A stretch of DNA of 63,472 nt, counting the filler, from Phoronis australis (Eukaryota; Animalia; Phoronida), in NCBI GenBank assembly GCA_002633005.1. It is 9 parts of 9 records of this genome, joined end to end, with 100 filler letters (N's around TTAATTAATTAA, not from the genome) between each part and the next. Parts side by side here need not be neighbours in the genome. Positions count along the whole stretch, not along the records: positions 25,895 to 29,241 come from NMRA01001957.1; positions 29,342 to 32,075 come from NMRA01003461.1; positions 32,176 to 46,806 come from NMRA01000865.1; 6 more parts are not named here. The stretch is one strand, 5' to 3'. Positions within the stretch are counted from its first letter, which is position 1. Each line of letters begins with the position of its first letter. The notes under the pieces were generated by a model that was given only the letters and a program-made list of their open reading frames with translations, ran no database searches and was not told where the DNA came from. Made by a program: the position numbers and the translations under genes. Below are positions 27,049 to 39,900 of the stretch, piece after piece.

Positions 27049-27388
27049 GTAAGTATGGGCTTTGGATATATTTTCCAGTGTGTCGAAATCAACAGTTTTG
27101 GAGAAAATTTCCTTTCATTATGACAAATCTTAACAAAAAAGCACAATACATGTACAGTGCATTCAAACAAAACAGTCGTTGATTGGCGACGTTCGATACA
27201 CCGAAACGTAATCCAGGTCCTAATTTATTTAATATCATAAAACGAGTGTTCCAAGTTACATCGAAACGTAAATGAACGATAACTTTTACGTTACACGATT
27301 TACTTTGCGTAACAGGGAAATACTTGATCAGCTTTTAGTGCCCAAAACGTTCTACATTATGATATAATATCATTTTTTATTGGTTCAG

Positions 27389-27895
27389 AACATTCAACAG
27401 AATCCTGCCTCGACTTCGATGTGCTAACACAGGACGATAAGTTTAAACCAGAACATGTCAACGCGTCTTGTGGTCTGTTACGACAACAATTCAAACAACT
27501 GCACGATAAAATACGAAAAGAAGATCTGCTAAACAACTCCAGGCTAGGTGACATCGGGCGTCAACTGAACTCCTCATGCGACCTCCGTATGGTGAATGAA
27601 ACCCGTCACAAACTCTTGCAACTTCGAGGCGCTTTGCTGGGTAGAGTCAAGATCATGCAATGTGAGAAACGTCCACAATTTTGCGTTGGTAAAGAATTCT
27701 TTGGTAATTTGACAAATTCCATGGAAGTGAGGAACATGACAATGATGGTCCTAAAAACGTGCGAAGAAAAAGTTAAATTAGGATTGAAGTTCACATGTAG
27801 GCATGGCAACAGTACACGAGAGATGCAAGACTGGGTGAAGAAGTTTGTAGACAGAGTTAAAATGGAAGGACATAATCTTTACTGCCATGAAAGTG
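27389..27895 (+). CDS. Tandem exon-repeat protein, repeat exon 3
   Basis: Same splice sites, 507 nt, open frame, few substitutions relative to exon 2. Confidence 0.85.
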
Positions 27896-28242
27896 GTAAG
27901 TACATGTATGAGTTTTGAATATATTGTCCGATGTGTCAAGATCAAATTTGTTGGAGAAAATTTCCTTTCATATTGACAAATTTTAACTAAAAAGCACAAT
28001 ACATGTACAAAGCATTTAAACAAGAACAATCGTTGATTGGCGACGTTCGATACACTGAAACGTAATCCAGGTCCTAATTTATCTAATAACATGAAACGAT
28101 TGTTCCAAGTTACATCGGAAACGTAAATGAACGATACTTTTACGTTACACGATTTACTTTGCGTAACAGGGAAATACTTGATCAGCTTTTAGTGCCCAAA
28201 ACGTTCTACATTATGATATAATATCATTTTTTATTGGTTCAG

Positions 28243-28752
28243 AACATTCAACAGAATCCTGCCTCGACTTCGATGTGCTAACACAAGACGATAAGTTTAA
28301 ACCAGAACATGTCAACGTGTCTTGTGGTCTGTTACGACAACAATTCAAACAACTGCACGATAAAATACGCAGAGAAGATCTGCTAAACAACTCCAAACTG
28401 GCTGATATTGGACGTCAACTGAACTCCTCATGCGACCTTCGTATGGTGAATGAAACCCGTCACAAACTCTTGCAACTTCGAGGCGCTTTACTGGGCAGAG
28501 TCAAGATCACGCAATGTGAGAAACGTCCACAATTTTGCGTTGGTAAAGAATTCTTTGGTAATTTGACAAATTCCATGGAAGTGAGAAACATGACAATGGT
28601 GGTCCAAAAAACGTGCGAAGAAAAAGTTAAATTAGGATTGAACTTCACATGTAGGCATGGCAACAGTACACGACAGATGCAAGACTGGGTGAAGAAGTTT
28701 GTAGACAAAGTCAAAATGCAAGGACATGATCTTTACTGCAAAGAAAGCGGTG
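28243..28752 (+). CDS. Tandem exon-repeat protein, repeat exon 4 (last visible, most diverged)
   Basis: Same acceptor and GGTG|gtaagt donor; 510 nt (in-frame 3-nt insertion). The downstream intron is unrelated to the repeat introns. Confidence 0.85.
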
Positions 28753-29167
28753 GTAAGTGTGGTCTGTCAGTGTTTCGCGAGAAATACGCACACTTTTTGG
28801 AAGTAATATTTTCTTCGTTTGTAACAATTCACGCAATATAACGAGCTTAATTAATAGGTAACTATCTCTGGACACAAATGCTTCGTAAGTTGCAATGCTG
28901 AATGGATTTGCATTACATAATCTTCTAACTGTGTAGAACGGGAAATTTTGTGCCATTCATATTCATAGGCCACTTTGTTGGTTCACCAAGAGAAGTTGAA
29001 ACATCAAACGTAAAACAAAGTCAAGTCATGCCATGTCAATTTCTGAAATTTTAAGATGGCATATTCACAGAACGTCAAGACAATAATCATTTTCAATTCA
29101 GTTGATGTTCGTGTAAATTCTCGTTTTGTTACAAAAAAAGGGCAAGAATGCTACTACAAGCAGTCAT

Positions 29168-29198
29168 ACACACATACACACAAGCACACACACACACA

Positions 29199-29241
<43 letters not shown>
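29168..29241. repeat. (CA)n microsatellite at contig end; other microsatellites: (TA)n ~13010-13033, (CA)n ~13443-13478, (CG)n(CA)n ~25557-25593, (TTA)n ~29885-29918, (CTA)n ~49885-49944 and ~53762-53831
   Basis: Read directly from the sequence. Confidence 0.95.
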
Positions 29242-29341
29242 NNNNNNNNNNNNNNNNNNNNNNNNNNNNNNNNNNNNNNNNNNNNTTAATTAATTAANNN
29301 NNNNNNNNNNNNNNNNNNNNNNNNNNNNNNNNNNNNNNNNN

Positions 29342-29883
29342 CGAGCCACTGGCCGCCCATGAGCCAACGTGTTGCCACTGAGTCTGCGTGCAGGACTCTC
29401 AGCCGAGCCCTGCCGGGAGTGCACGGGGCTGGAAGGCTCAGATTTTATGACTTTTCTGAGTGAAATGTCTGAAGTGTGGCCCCTTAAAGGTGACGTCAGA
29501 GGAGGCGTGAGCTTCCTGGCAGCGCCATCTATGGGACTCAGTTTTGGCTTCATGGAAGGGTTAGAACTGAAAGGAATATATTAATAGTTTGAGCTGTTTT
29601 TTTCTCAAATCACATGCAGTAGAAAAGCTGCATTTGGACTTCACATGTTCCTTGAGTAAAGTAAGAGATGAGCAGTACACACAAAGGCACGGAGATATGA
29701 CGAAAACAATATTAGTCTACTTACATGGTCCTGACACCTAAAGGAGGTTTACTGGGTGGAAGAGAATCTGTCACTAGTAATTCTTTTTCTAACAGCGTTC
29801 TTTCACGTTTGAGATCTGAAACCAAATAATACATTTCTTGGCCATGCAATTTGATCTAAAATAAAAAAGTCACGTCTAATAAA

Positions 29884-29919
<36 letters not shown>

Positions 29920-31475
29920 ATAAAGTTGATAATACCGAAAAGAAGATTTGTTTGAAATGATACAGGTTGAGTTTCACTTCACGTCATTTCAAATCCCATG
30001 TTTAAGCAAGACTACATGGCTTCAGCGAAAAAAAATCTGTAATTCCAGACCACAATGGCGAGAGGAGCATTCACTCATCAACGATGCGATCAACAAGGCC
30101 CGAAATCCAATCACTCCATCCGAACTCCAATTTCACCTTCATTTAGATATTATCTATTGTGCTTCAGTATTAACTGAAGATAAATGTCGCTGACTTGGAA
30201 CTAGCAAACATTACATTGTACGTGGACAAGTACATTGTTTGATAAACTTTAGATTCAAGCAAGAAAATCAAGTCAAATTCAAGATTTCAAATTTGCTTAC
30301 ATATGTGACTATTTTCGATTCCGGTGTGAATGGGGTGCGTATGTTCTGCGGATCTACCCCCCACGGTTAATGTTAATGACATGGATTACATTGTTCTTTT
30401 GTAACTTATGGTTGTGAATACAATAAAGGTATTAAAAGTGAAAAAATGATTTCAAATTTGGAACTTAAACGTTGGGGTCATCAAATGAGACCATGGACTA
30501 TTAATTAATCCATGTAAATCACAATTTACTGGACAAAAATCAAAGACAAAATACCTCAAGTTCATACTGAAGTACAAAGAAGAATACAAAATCAAGTTTG
30601 AACTAAACTTCAAATATTAAAATCTGACCCCAGGGCCGTACTCTGTAGAGAACGTTTCTTGCAAGAAAACCCAAGACCACGCAAGTCGCGGTGAGATTCA
30701 AAACCAATGTCCACACTAGCTTTACCCATGTCTTACATCAACACAATGTGACCTATATCTTTAAAATATTTTTATAATGTTCATAATTATGAAAAATACA
30801 ATGTGTAATAAGAGTTAAGCCCAGAAGGTTCTAGAAAGCATAATTATATCTGGGCGTAAAAAACTTATAGTATCCTGCATGCCAGCTTATGCCACAAGTT
30901 CATTTAGTCTATATACTGTACATGAATAACGGCGTGGAAATGTAGTTTGCAACTGCATCGACTGGTGATATATATATTCATATATGCAGTAAAAACTCTC
31001 CATTTTGGGACAGTCTCTGAAATTTGGGACACAGAAATTCAAGCAGATATCGAAATTTTTTGATTTTGAAGCTGGGGACACTGCCAATTTATCATATTTC
31101 TCAGATTTCAGACACTGCATTTTGAATCAACAATCTGAAAATAGACTTGGTGGTACATAAAATCATCAAAAATAGCGACCGACACAACATTTTCATGTGT
31201 GCTCATATGTGCAACATTGAGGAGAATGATCGTTTGTCAATGATCGTAATTCTTGAATTTGGGATGGCCAATATTGTCTATTTCTAAAACTCGGTACAAG
31301 TTCTGACCTTGAGCAAAATCGTTAAATTTTTCATAGTCCCAAAGTGGAGAATTTTTACGATATATATGTCCACCTCAGGCTTACATTTGATATTCATGCT
31401 CTTACCAGATAATGTAGGTTCAGAAGGAACACTGGGCGAGTTATCTCTGAAGTCTGCTTCCTCTTCCAGGCAGCC
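29342..31475 (-). CDS. Uncharacterised Ser/Pro-rich, low-complexity protein, internal exons
   Basis: Phase-compatible GT-AG exons 31406-31475 (GCLEEEADFRDNSPSVPSEPTLS), 29725-29815 (DLKRERTLLEKELLVTDSLPPSKPPLGVRT) and 29342-29566 (SNPSMKPKLSPIDG..., cut by the gap). No domain recognised. Confidence 0.7.
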
Positions 31476-33061
31476 CTGAAGGGAGAAATGAAAGTAAACA
31501 TTTGATTAGCTTGGCTTCATTCAAAATTGTAAAGTGGAATTGAAATCTCCACTTTCACTGAGCTTGAAAAAACACATTGTACCAGTGACTTAGTTTTCTA
31601 AATGCAAGACCATACCAACAAACTTCCGTGTGTTTCCAGCTTGTTAAATTTCCTGGTGTTCTGAGTAAAATAAGGTGCTGAGTGGTGGATGGTGAGATGT
31701 CATTAATCTGCATTGTGAGCAAATACGGTTAGAATTCAAGTGGCGCAGTTGGGAATATTGGAATGTTGCAAAATAGCTGTTGAAAATGTATTGTCTGCAG
31801 GTGAGGAGAGTAAAACAGGTGCTCAGAAATATTAACCATAAAATTACATGGCGATCAAAAAACCTAGGAACTAAGGAAATTTAATCCTACATAAATCTAT
31901 GACAGAATGAATGTTCATAGCTCGTGCCATTACATAATATCAGGGCTTGGAATGACCAATGACAAAAAACGTGGAAACTTTTACGGCCCAAAACATGCGC
32001 GCTACCCAGCCTTGAAATAGTCGATGTGAACCTTTCGCCGACAAAAATCGGTAGGACTAAAAAAAAAAAAAACGTNNNNNNNNNNNNNNNNNNNNNNNNN
32101 NNNNNNNNNNNNNNNNNNNTTAATTAATTAANNNNNNNNNNNNNNNNNNNNNNNNNNNNNNNNNNNNNNNNNNNNGCACAATCACCTGTTCTGGGTCGAC
32201 TAACTTAACGTACACACAACACTATATGCATTAACGCGCTAAGATAAAGCGGGCAGAATAATATTTACTTTCTACAAAATTGTGGTACATTGCTATCAAA
32301 ATTCGTTGCTAAATTACGATCATTTTTTCAGAAAATTGTGCTGAAATCCCAGGGCGAAATCTCGCCGACAAATGCGTAGCTGCCGGTCTCGCAATCATCG
32401 ATAGAGCTTGAATTCTTGAATAAGAATACAGGTTTGACTCAACAAATTACCTGAAATCCTCCTTAAGTTTTCCAAATAGCGTCTCTACGATTTTAAGTTA
32501 TTGTGGAGTCTGGATTAACTGCAGATTAAGTCCAAATCTGCGCTAGATTGTAGCCCACAACACGAGAAAATGCGATGTAATGATATAGGTGTGCATTGTA
32601 CCCAAAGAAATTAACTCAAGCAGTCAATCAGAGCGTGTTTTAATATTTAGCTTAGCACTTGCTGGCCTCATCTGTTCAAAAACGTTCGAGAATTGTTTGG
32701 GTAAAACCAATATGTCACTCATTGAGTCGCCGGGTGAGTGGATGCGTGACCATAGTGTAACAGCTATTTTCCAGAAGATTCGGGGTGTAAGGGTGCGAAT
32801 GTGTTCATTATCAGTGGGTCATTATGACTTTAAAAACACCAATTATGATTAGTTAAATAATTTCTCTTAAAAATAATGCAAAAGTTTTTTACGGTATTAG
32901 AAACTTTTGGAAATTAGTGCCAATATTTATTTCTTGGCGATGATATGTTACCCGTTTCATGAATAGATAGGTCCCAACTAAATATCTTTGATGACAGCTG
33001 GTACACTATGCAGCGCGCGCTTCTTGGCCGCGTACTACCACTGGTTGAGTTTTTTTATTAG

Positions 33062-33450
33062 TCTTCGATTCACGGTTTTCACCTGTACAAAGAAGTTTGG
33101 ATTCCTGTTGAGGCCGGAGAAGATCTGTACCGCGGGAAAGAAATAATGAAATCCCGCCGACAAGTATGCTGTGTCCGTTTTCAAAGTCCAGACCCGCGTA
33201 GTGGGGCACATCCCTTGCAAGAGCAGCAAAACCTTTGTGTTCTTTTTGAATTGCGGTTTGAAGTGTATACGGACATAACGGTGAGGCTCGTGGTCTACAA
33301 TTCAGGACTGTTGGATCTTTCAATTGATAAATTGGAGACGTTAGAACTGTAGGTAAGGCATTTTTCGCATGGGCGCTTAATTAAGCGAAGTCTGAAAACG
33401 CGTTGGGGCACTTATTGGGGCATGGGCGCTTATTAAGGCGAATAGCGGCA
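33062..33450 (+). mobile_element. Decayed HIRAN-like domain within a Tc1/pogo-type DNA transposon remnant
   Basis: SSIHGFHLYKEVWIPVEAGEDLYRGKE / frameshift / NPADKYAVSVFKVQTRVVGHIPCKSSKTFVFFLNCG matches the HIRAN pattern GxxxY..ExxNxxDxxAVxV..VGHxP. Repeated GGGCGCTTATT subterminal motifs end near 33450. Confidence 0.6.
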
Positions 33451-33954
33451 GAATTACATACAGTAGCATAGTTTAATGCACACAAATCACACGTCGTGCA
33501 AACCAATCGGCCATTCCACATACCCTAATAAATCCCAATAGCCTTTGCGCACCCTAATTTCCGGACATGCGCAATCGTTAAATTGATTCGGTTGCAACTC
33601 CGTTATTAACTATGGGTCTACGCATACATAAACCAGCCAATATCTACCAAACTAGTAATCACAGCCATATGGTTTAAATCAGAGAAATGTAGAGGAAACT
33701 GTGAACTATAGAATGCGCATGCTCACATACCTTAACAACATTCCAGGTCTCTTACAATTTCTAAATGAAAATCACAAGTGTCCTGGGGTGAGTGCACTCT
33801 CCTAGCACAGCCCAGCTGCAGCTTATCATAGTCCATTGATTACATCAAACACATTGTAACAGGATAATCGGAATGTCAGCTGACCTCGCCTAGTGCAGGA
33901 TAAGGGTTAAAGAATACGCAGAAACAACACTGTGCTTAGAAGCAACAGATTTAC

Positions 33955-36900
33955 CTTGAAAAATCATGAAGCAGAGAGAACAGACTACCCTGGGCCATAT
34001 ACTCAAACACCAATAGAGGGTGTGACGGTGCGGTGCAGACACCAAGGAGCTGGACAACGCGCGGGTGTTGTAGTTCATGAAGGAGACTGACCTGTAACAA
34101 GCCACAAAGGGCACTGACACAACAACAACAAACAGTGCCTAGTGATCTGGTCATGTAAACAGTACCTAGTGATCTGGTCATGTAAACAGTACCTAGTGAT
34201 CTGGTCATGTAAACAGTAACTAGTGATCTGGTCATGTAAACAGTACCTAGTGATCTGGTCGTGTAAACAGTACCTAGTGATCTGGTCGTGTAAACAGAAC
34301 CCTATTGGCAAAAAAGTCTCCCCATGCCAAGAACTTTGTGGCATTATTCAAACGAGAGTCCAATCTGAGCATTAATGATTGTATTCAGATAGCCACATGG
34401 GACCCACTAACACCTCCATGCAGATAAACTACTTTCAGTTATCAAACTATCACAACCCGAGTTATGACAGGACTCACTCATCAGCACCAACAGGTCAATA
34501 TAGAAGACTCCCATTGCTGTGTGAACCATAGCAAAGTCCATATGGAAGGCTGGCTTCTAATTAAAGTGTTGTCAGAGTTAACTAAATTGAAGGAGGACTG
34601 GTTCAGTATACAATGACTTACAAATAATTCTAGGCAATATGCTGCAACCTATTTCCAGTAACAAAATAACACACAATATCATGATGAAAACAAAAATTCT
34701 ACCTTCCATTTCAATCAATTATTTTTTAAGAAGTCCTCAGCTGCATTACGTCAAATTAATTTTCAAACTTAATTTTTGCACAGTGACCAGTTACAGGGCG
34801 GTATCAAGCTTACTTCTGCTGCAAAGTAGTTAATGTCTTGGGCCGCCAATGGTAGTTTGAGCTTTTTCACAGCAACCTCCAAGCTATTGAACACTCCTCT
34901 GAATATACAACTGAAGGCACCCTGGCCCAGTTTGTCTGAAAGTCAGATGCTATGGGAATTAAACATGAATTATCTAAAATATGCAATTTCCACTGAAGAC
35001 CATAAGCTAGAAATTTGTTGAAAACACAGCAGAGCTGCTGTGATCGGTAAGTTCACATGATAGCTTTTGGTTTGGTTTATTTTCTCGTTTTTATTTAGCT
35101 CTGGGTAAATGGGCCCTTTTTGTCAGCTAGTCTAAGTTCATTCTGATCAGCAAGCTTTACTACTGTTAAGACTACAGTACATGGACCGCCAACTCCATAT
35201 ACTTTCAATGGACGAAATCTGTGCTCTTTCGCACAATGTTACGTCATTATTCAATAGCGACACCTGACCAAATTATGTGGTATTATTTCCGCCAAGTATG
35301 TCGTCTGCTGATCTTGGTCGGCTGTTGTGTGGTCGGGTGGTAGTAGCATTGCTAAAAGTACTCACAATACCAACAGTTCTACTATTTTCAGATTTTGAAC
35401 GACGTTTCAAAGCCGAAATTATTATTTTGTTTGCGTTGTACTGGACAGTAACATAGATGCGAGAATTTCCCATCACAATACACTAAACAGAAAATGAACC
35501 AGATAATTTAGGAGAGTGGCGCCGCCTTGGAAGAAAATGTCGGAGTTGCGAATCTGTTGTCAATAATCTATGGTATAATCAATTGTGACCATAAAGGCAA
35601 CAGAGCCAAAGATGACAAGAACAATGCTCATAAGCATTGAGAGTTTTAGATGTCAGAATACATTGGAACACCTTTATTTAATACGCTTCAACTATCTTCA
35701 ATACTGAATATCGAGCACTTAGACACATGTGGCCACAAGCAGAACTGTGTCCATATCTAATCAGTACCTGCACCTTTGTACAATTAAAGCAAGGGTAAGC
35801 TAAGATTTACTTCCCTAACAAAACAGTCTGCAGAAATTTAAGACAAGCACCTGTACAAGAAACAGTCATCTGCACCCAGGACTAAAGATCAGGTACACGT
35901 TCCAATGTGCAAAACACATGAGAGCACATAAATTTCTTGAATGAACATATTGTTTAAGATGTAGACACATGAGTCTGAAACTGTTCATAATTTAATGTTA
36001 TGTGCAATCTATTATTTGTCTATTCGATGAGCACACCAGTCAAACGCATCCAGAACACCTTCGTAGCCCCAAATTGTGCCTCGGAGATGTTTCATATTAG
36101 CGCATGTGTGAACTTCAATCATAGCAGCAAAGAGTTGTTGCCTGGATTTTGAGAACCAGTTTTCTCCACTGAATAACGGGCATCAAACTGGTTCTCAAAA
36201 TGTGGGCACCTCACATCTGACTATGGCCTTCCCTCAACAACACAACAAGCACCAACACCACTTATTTGGTTGTTTTGCAAACATAACGCCAAAGATCATA
36301 AAACAGAATAAAGGAATACGCCATCCATCATTTACCATTTTCACACTTTTTGTTACCTGACATCAACACAGACTGTATGGAAAAGTAAGGACCTTGTCAC
36401 ACAAAAATAATTCTCAGAGATTTCAAAAATGGAAAAAAAGCAAATTAAGGAATTCATTGAGAATTGTACATGGACAGTATAGAACTCGAGATGTTTTTTG
36501 GAAAAAGTTGCCTGTTAAATCAGTCTCCATAATCCAGTCAACAAGATACTAAAACAGGCATGGACATTCTGAAGACAGGAACTTTACACTGGCAACAAAA
36601 GTTCTGAACACTGAAGGTGTCAGTCAGCTTACCCGAAGGATCATAGTAAATATCTTCTTCAGAAACCTCCCACGGAGTAACTATTGTTTGACGTCCGCCG
36701 CCTTCACAGTCTTCATACCTGGTGATAAACCGATAAGTTTGAATGATCCATGCAGTCGGGTAATTAAAAAGGTTAAGCTGAGGTATCAAACTTCAAATTC
36801 AAATAAAACAAAACTAATGGCAGTAAAGTCGTATTAAAACATCCCATGAACTCAACTCACTTGGCGTCATCATGTGTAGCTAGAAAGTCTATATTAAAGA

Positions 36901-39900
36901 ACCAATTGAAAGCAAAGGGTTTGCCCCAAAGCATGTACCAATTGAAAGCAAAGGGTTTGCCCCAAAGCATGTACCAATTGAAAGCAAAGGGTTTGCCCCA
37001 AAGCATGTACCAATTGAAAGCAAAGGGTTCGCCCCAAAGCATGAACCAAATGAATGGTATTTTAAGATGGTACTACACTAGTGAAATTTTACAAAAACTG
37101 GCTCCGTGGAAAGACGAGTTGACACATATACTATGTTATGATGCAAGTTATATTTGAATAACGTTAGGATCTAACTAAAATAGCAAGCCTTCACCAAAAT
37201 ATGCAAGATGTTGCGGTGTATTTTCAATTAGAACACATGGATTTTTCTCACTGCGAGACAGCTACTGACCTCTACCCTGTCCTGCAGTGTATTTCACATC
37301 ATCTCATGGTGAAGCGCTGGATAAAACCCAAAGAGATCCAACTCAAATTTCTTTAATTAGGAAATCACGGGACACATCAGTGACAAGCGAATTGAAATAT
37401 CTTCATCCATAGTTGGACAATGGTCTGTGTACTAGGCTTACACAGTTCAGGAAACATATTTTTAAGTAAAGTGTTGGCCTTAAAGGGAATTTGGGTGCCC
37501 TTCGTTTACATAGGTATATCAATAGAAGCTGCATAACAATATAATGTTATGTAGCTATATCTTATACGTATTACGTACAATAAACAAATGTCGGAAACCG
37601 ATTTTTGTCCACGAAAAAGGGTAATGCTTGTAAAACTTCGAACATGCAGAAATAACAATATTTACCATTTCTAACTTGTCAGGGTATACAATTTCATAGA
37701 ACAGGGGTTGTAAGTGTAAATAGCAGTTGAACACCTATTACCTCAATTGCCTATATTGCCCTTTTGATTCTCCTTGAACAGTGTGAGACACTTCCTGTTT
37801 TCTCAGTGATTTATCAGACACATCAGCCCTCTCTGTGGGCAGTTTTGCACCACGACTGGTCGACTTGAATTGGAAACGTTCTTGTGCCAAATTGTTCGTT
37901 CGCCTGTCATCACTGTCATCAGAGGTCGCTAATTTTGGTGAAGAATGTTTAAAATGGCCAAGTTCCTTTATGCGAGCTTGAAGAACTGCAAGCTGCTGAT
38001 GTAATTCATTGACAGGGTCAGTTGAACTCTCTTCACTGTTAAAAGCCTTCTCTTGAAGATCTTTCACCTAGAATAAGAAACCTGCCTTTAGGACAAATAC
38101 ATTAAAAGTACCACAGCTTTCAGCTCAGTCACACTATGTCACAGAAGCACAGTAAGTTTATAGTCCGACTGTTGGAATCAAGGTGCAGCATTTTTGGCTA
38201 TGGCCACAAAGTTGACTTCCTGTTTTATGTCATAAAATCAACAAAAAAATAGCAACTTTGAATGGCAAAAATCAGTTTATGTTATCCTCTTTATACACGC
38301 TCTTTCAATATGTATTGGGTGATTATTTGTTCTCTGCTAGAATAAACAGAGCCTTGCCATTACATTTAGAGGACCGTGGCAAAAGTAATCGGACCATTTT
38401 ACCCGAAAATCTCTGGCTGCATCTCGACACATAATATAATAAATAATTGCAGGCGGTCTGATACACGTTGTACCAGACGTGCGCAGGCCTTGCATGTGGG
38501 CCCATTGCACTGATCACTTGGAAATATTTTTATGCTTTATTAATATATGGTTAAAACCGAGCTGAGGAGCTAGAAACCTGACTCAAGGGTTTAGCACGGT
38601 GACCTGGTGGGACTTGAACCCACGACCTCGAGTAAAGAAAGCAGGCACTTACCAACCAGGCCACACTGTCTCCTCTCATCTCGACACAGGTAGAGATTGA
38701 AAATTATGCATCAATTTCAAATGCCCAGAAATGTTCATATTCAGAGGTGTATTTTTCATTCCACACATAACTTTTTCATGCAAAACCAATTCCCATTTAC
38801 AGACCATCAGTTTATGTAATCAAATAAGCATGTTCAAAACTGACCCAACAAAATCAAAGTAATGCCCAAGACATTAATGTCTTGGTCCCAATAACTAGCT
38901 CAAACACAAAGTTAGAGATGATCAAATGGCCTCAACTTAAATTACCACTAATCTCTTCCTGGCTCACTGCACCTGAGTAGCATGTGAGCGGTAGTGACAT
39001 GGTAAACTGAACCATTTACCTTCAACTCAACATCTTTAAGATCACCAAGCAACGATTTTTTCACCCCAGAGCTCACCGAACTATTTTGTTTTGGTTTCTT
39101 GGCAGAAGGTAGTCGGTGAGGCGTAGCTGAGGACAGAAAAGTATAAAAAAAAGTTCAGTACTTTAAGTACCAACACAGGACACCATGAAATTTCTCAGGG
39201 TTAAGCCCCAAGGAGCATGTTTGAAAATGTCACTTTCATTTTTTTTTTCTTGTTCCTCAAAAGAGCACCAAAGTGTTATTTTGTTAAACGTAATTTAGAC
39301 AACTCCAATACAGACATTTGTTTTATATGTGTGATAACTTGGTTCAAAAGCTGTGCTAAAAATAATTGATTTGACGCGGTCACAACACATCACTCAAAAA
39401 TCCCACAATTAGCCCCAAAGTGGACACATCTTCCAAAATCCCCCATTATACATCAATCAATTTCAGGTCAGGAATCAGCAGAGAGCACAGAAAAATGCAC
39501 AATGAAAACTCATGGGAAAAAGAGGACAACTCGATCGTTTCAGTCCCTGTAAAAACGTGTCCTCGGGCAAACACTGCAATGCCACAGGTTAAAACATAGT
39601 GGAAGCAGATTCCCCCTAATTAGAAAAACTTCCCAATCAGAATGTAGAGACACCAATCCTATAATGGTAGTAAAGGTCCTACCAGCAGAGATCTACTATC
39701 AGGAAGACTACAGCCTGCCTACCTAACTTGTGGCCAGTTACTCTGACACAGTCCTTCTGATCCATCAGTGGCTTGAATGTGTCGTCCTCAGTACTCGATT
39801 CAATTGTTGTAGCCCTGGTTCCTCCTGCAGTTACATCCTTGTTGTTAGTAACCCTACCTAAGCAACAGAAAAATTTGTGTTAGTCACACATAAATTTTCA

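Noticed and set aside
33830-33890. Candidate next kinase exon (RGQLTFRLSCYNVFDVINGL)
   Set aside because: Runs into stop codons with no YLH/HRD motif or donor site.
36846-37157. Repetitive peptide ORF (QLKAKGLPQSMY)n
   Set aside because: A by-product of an intronic minisatellite whose unit length is a multiple of three; no splice or homology support.
38598-38668. Possible tRNA gene
   Set aside because: A and B boxes are present, but there is no convincing acceptor stem and it continues into a SINE-like body.
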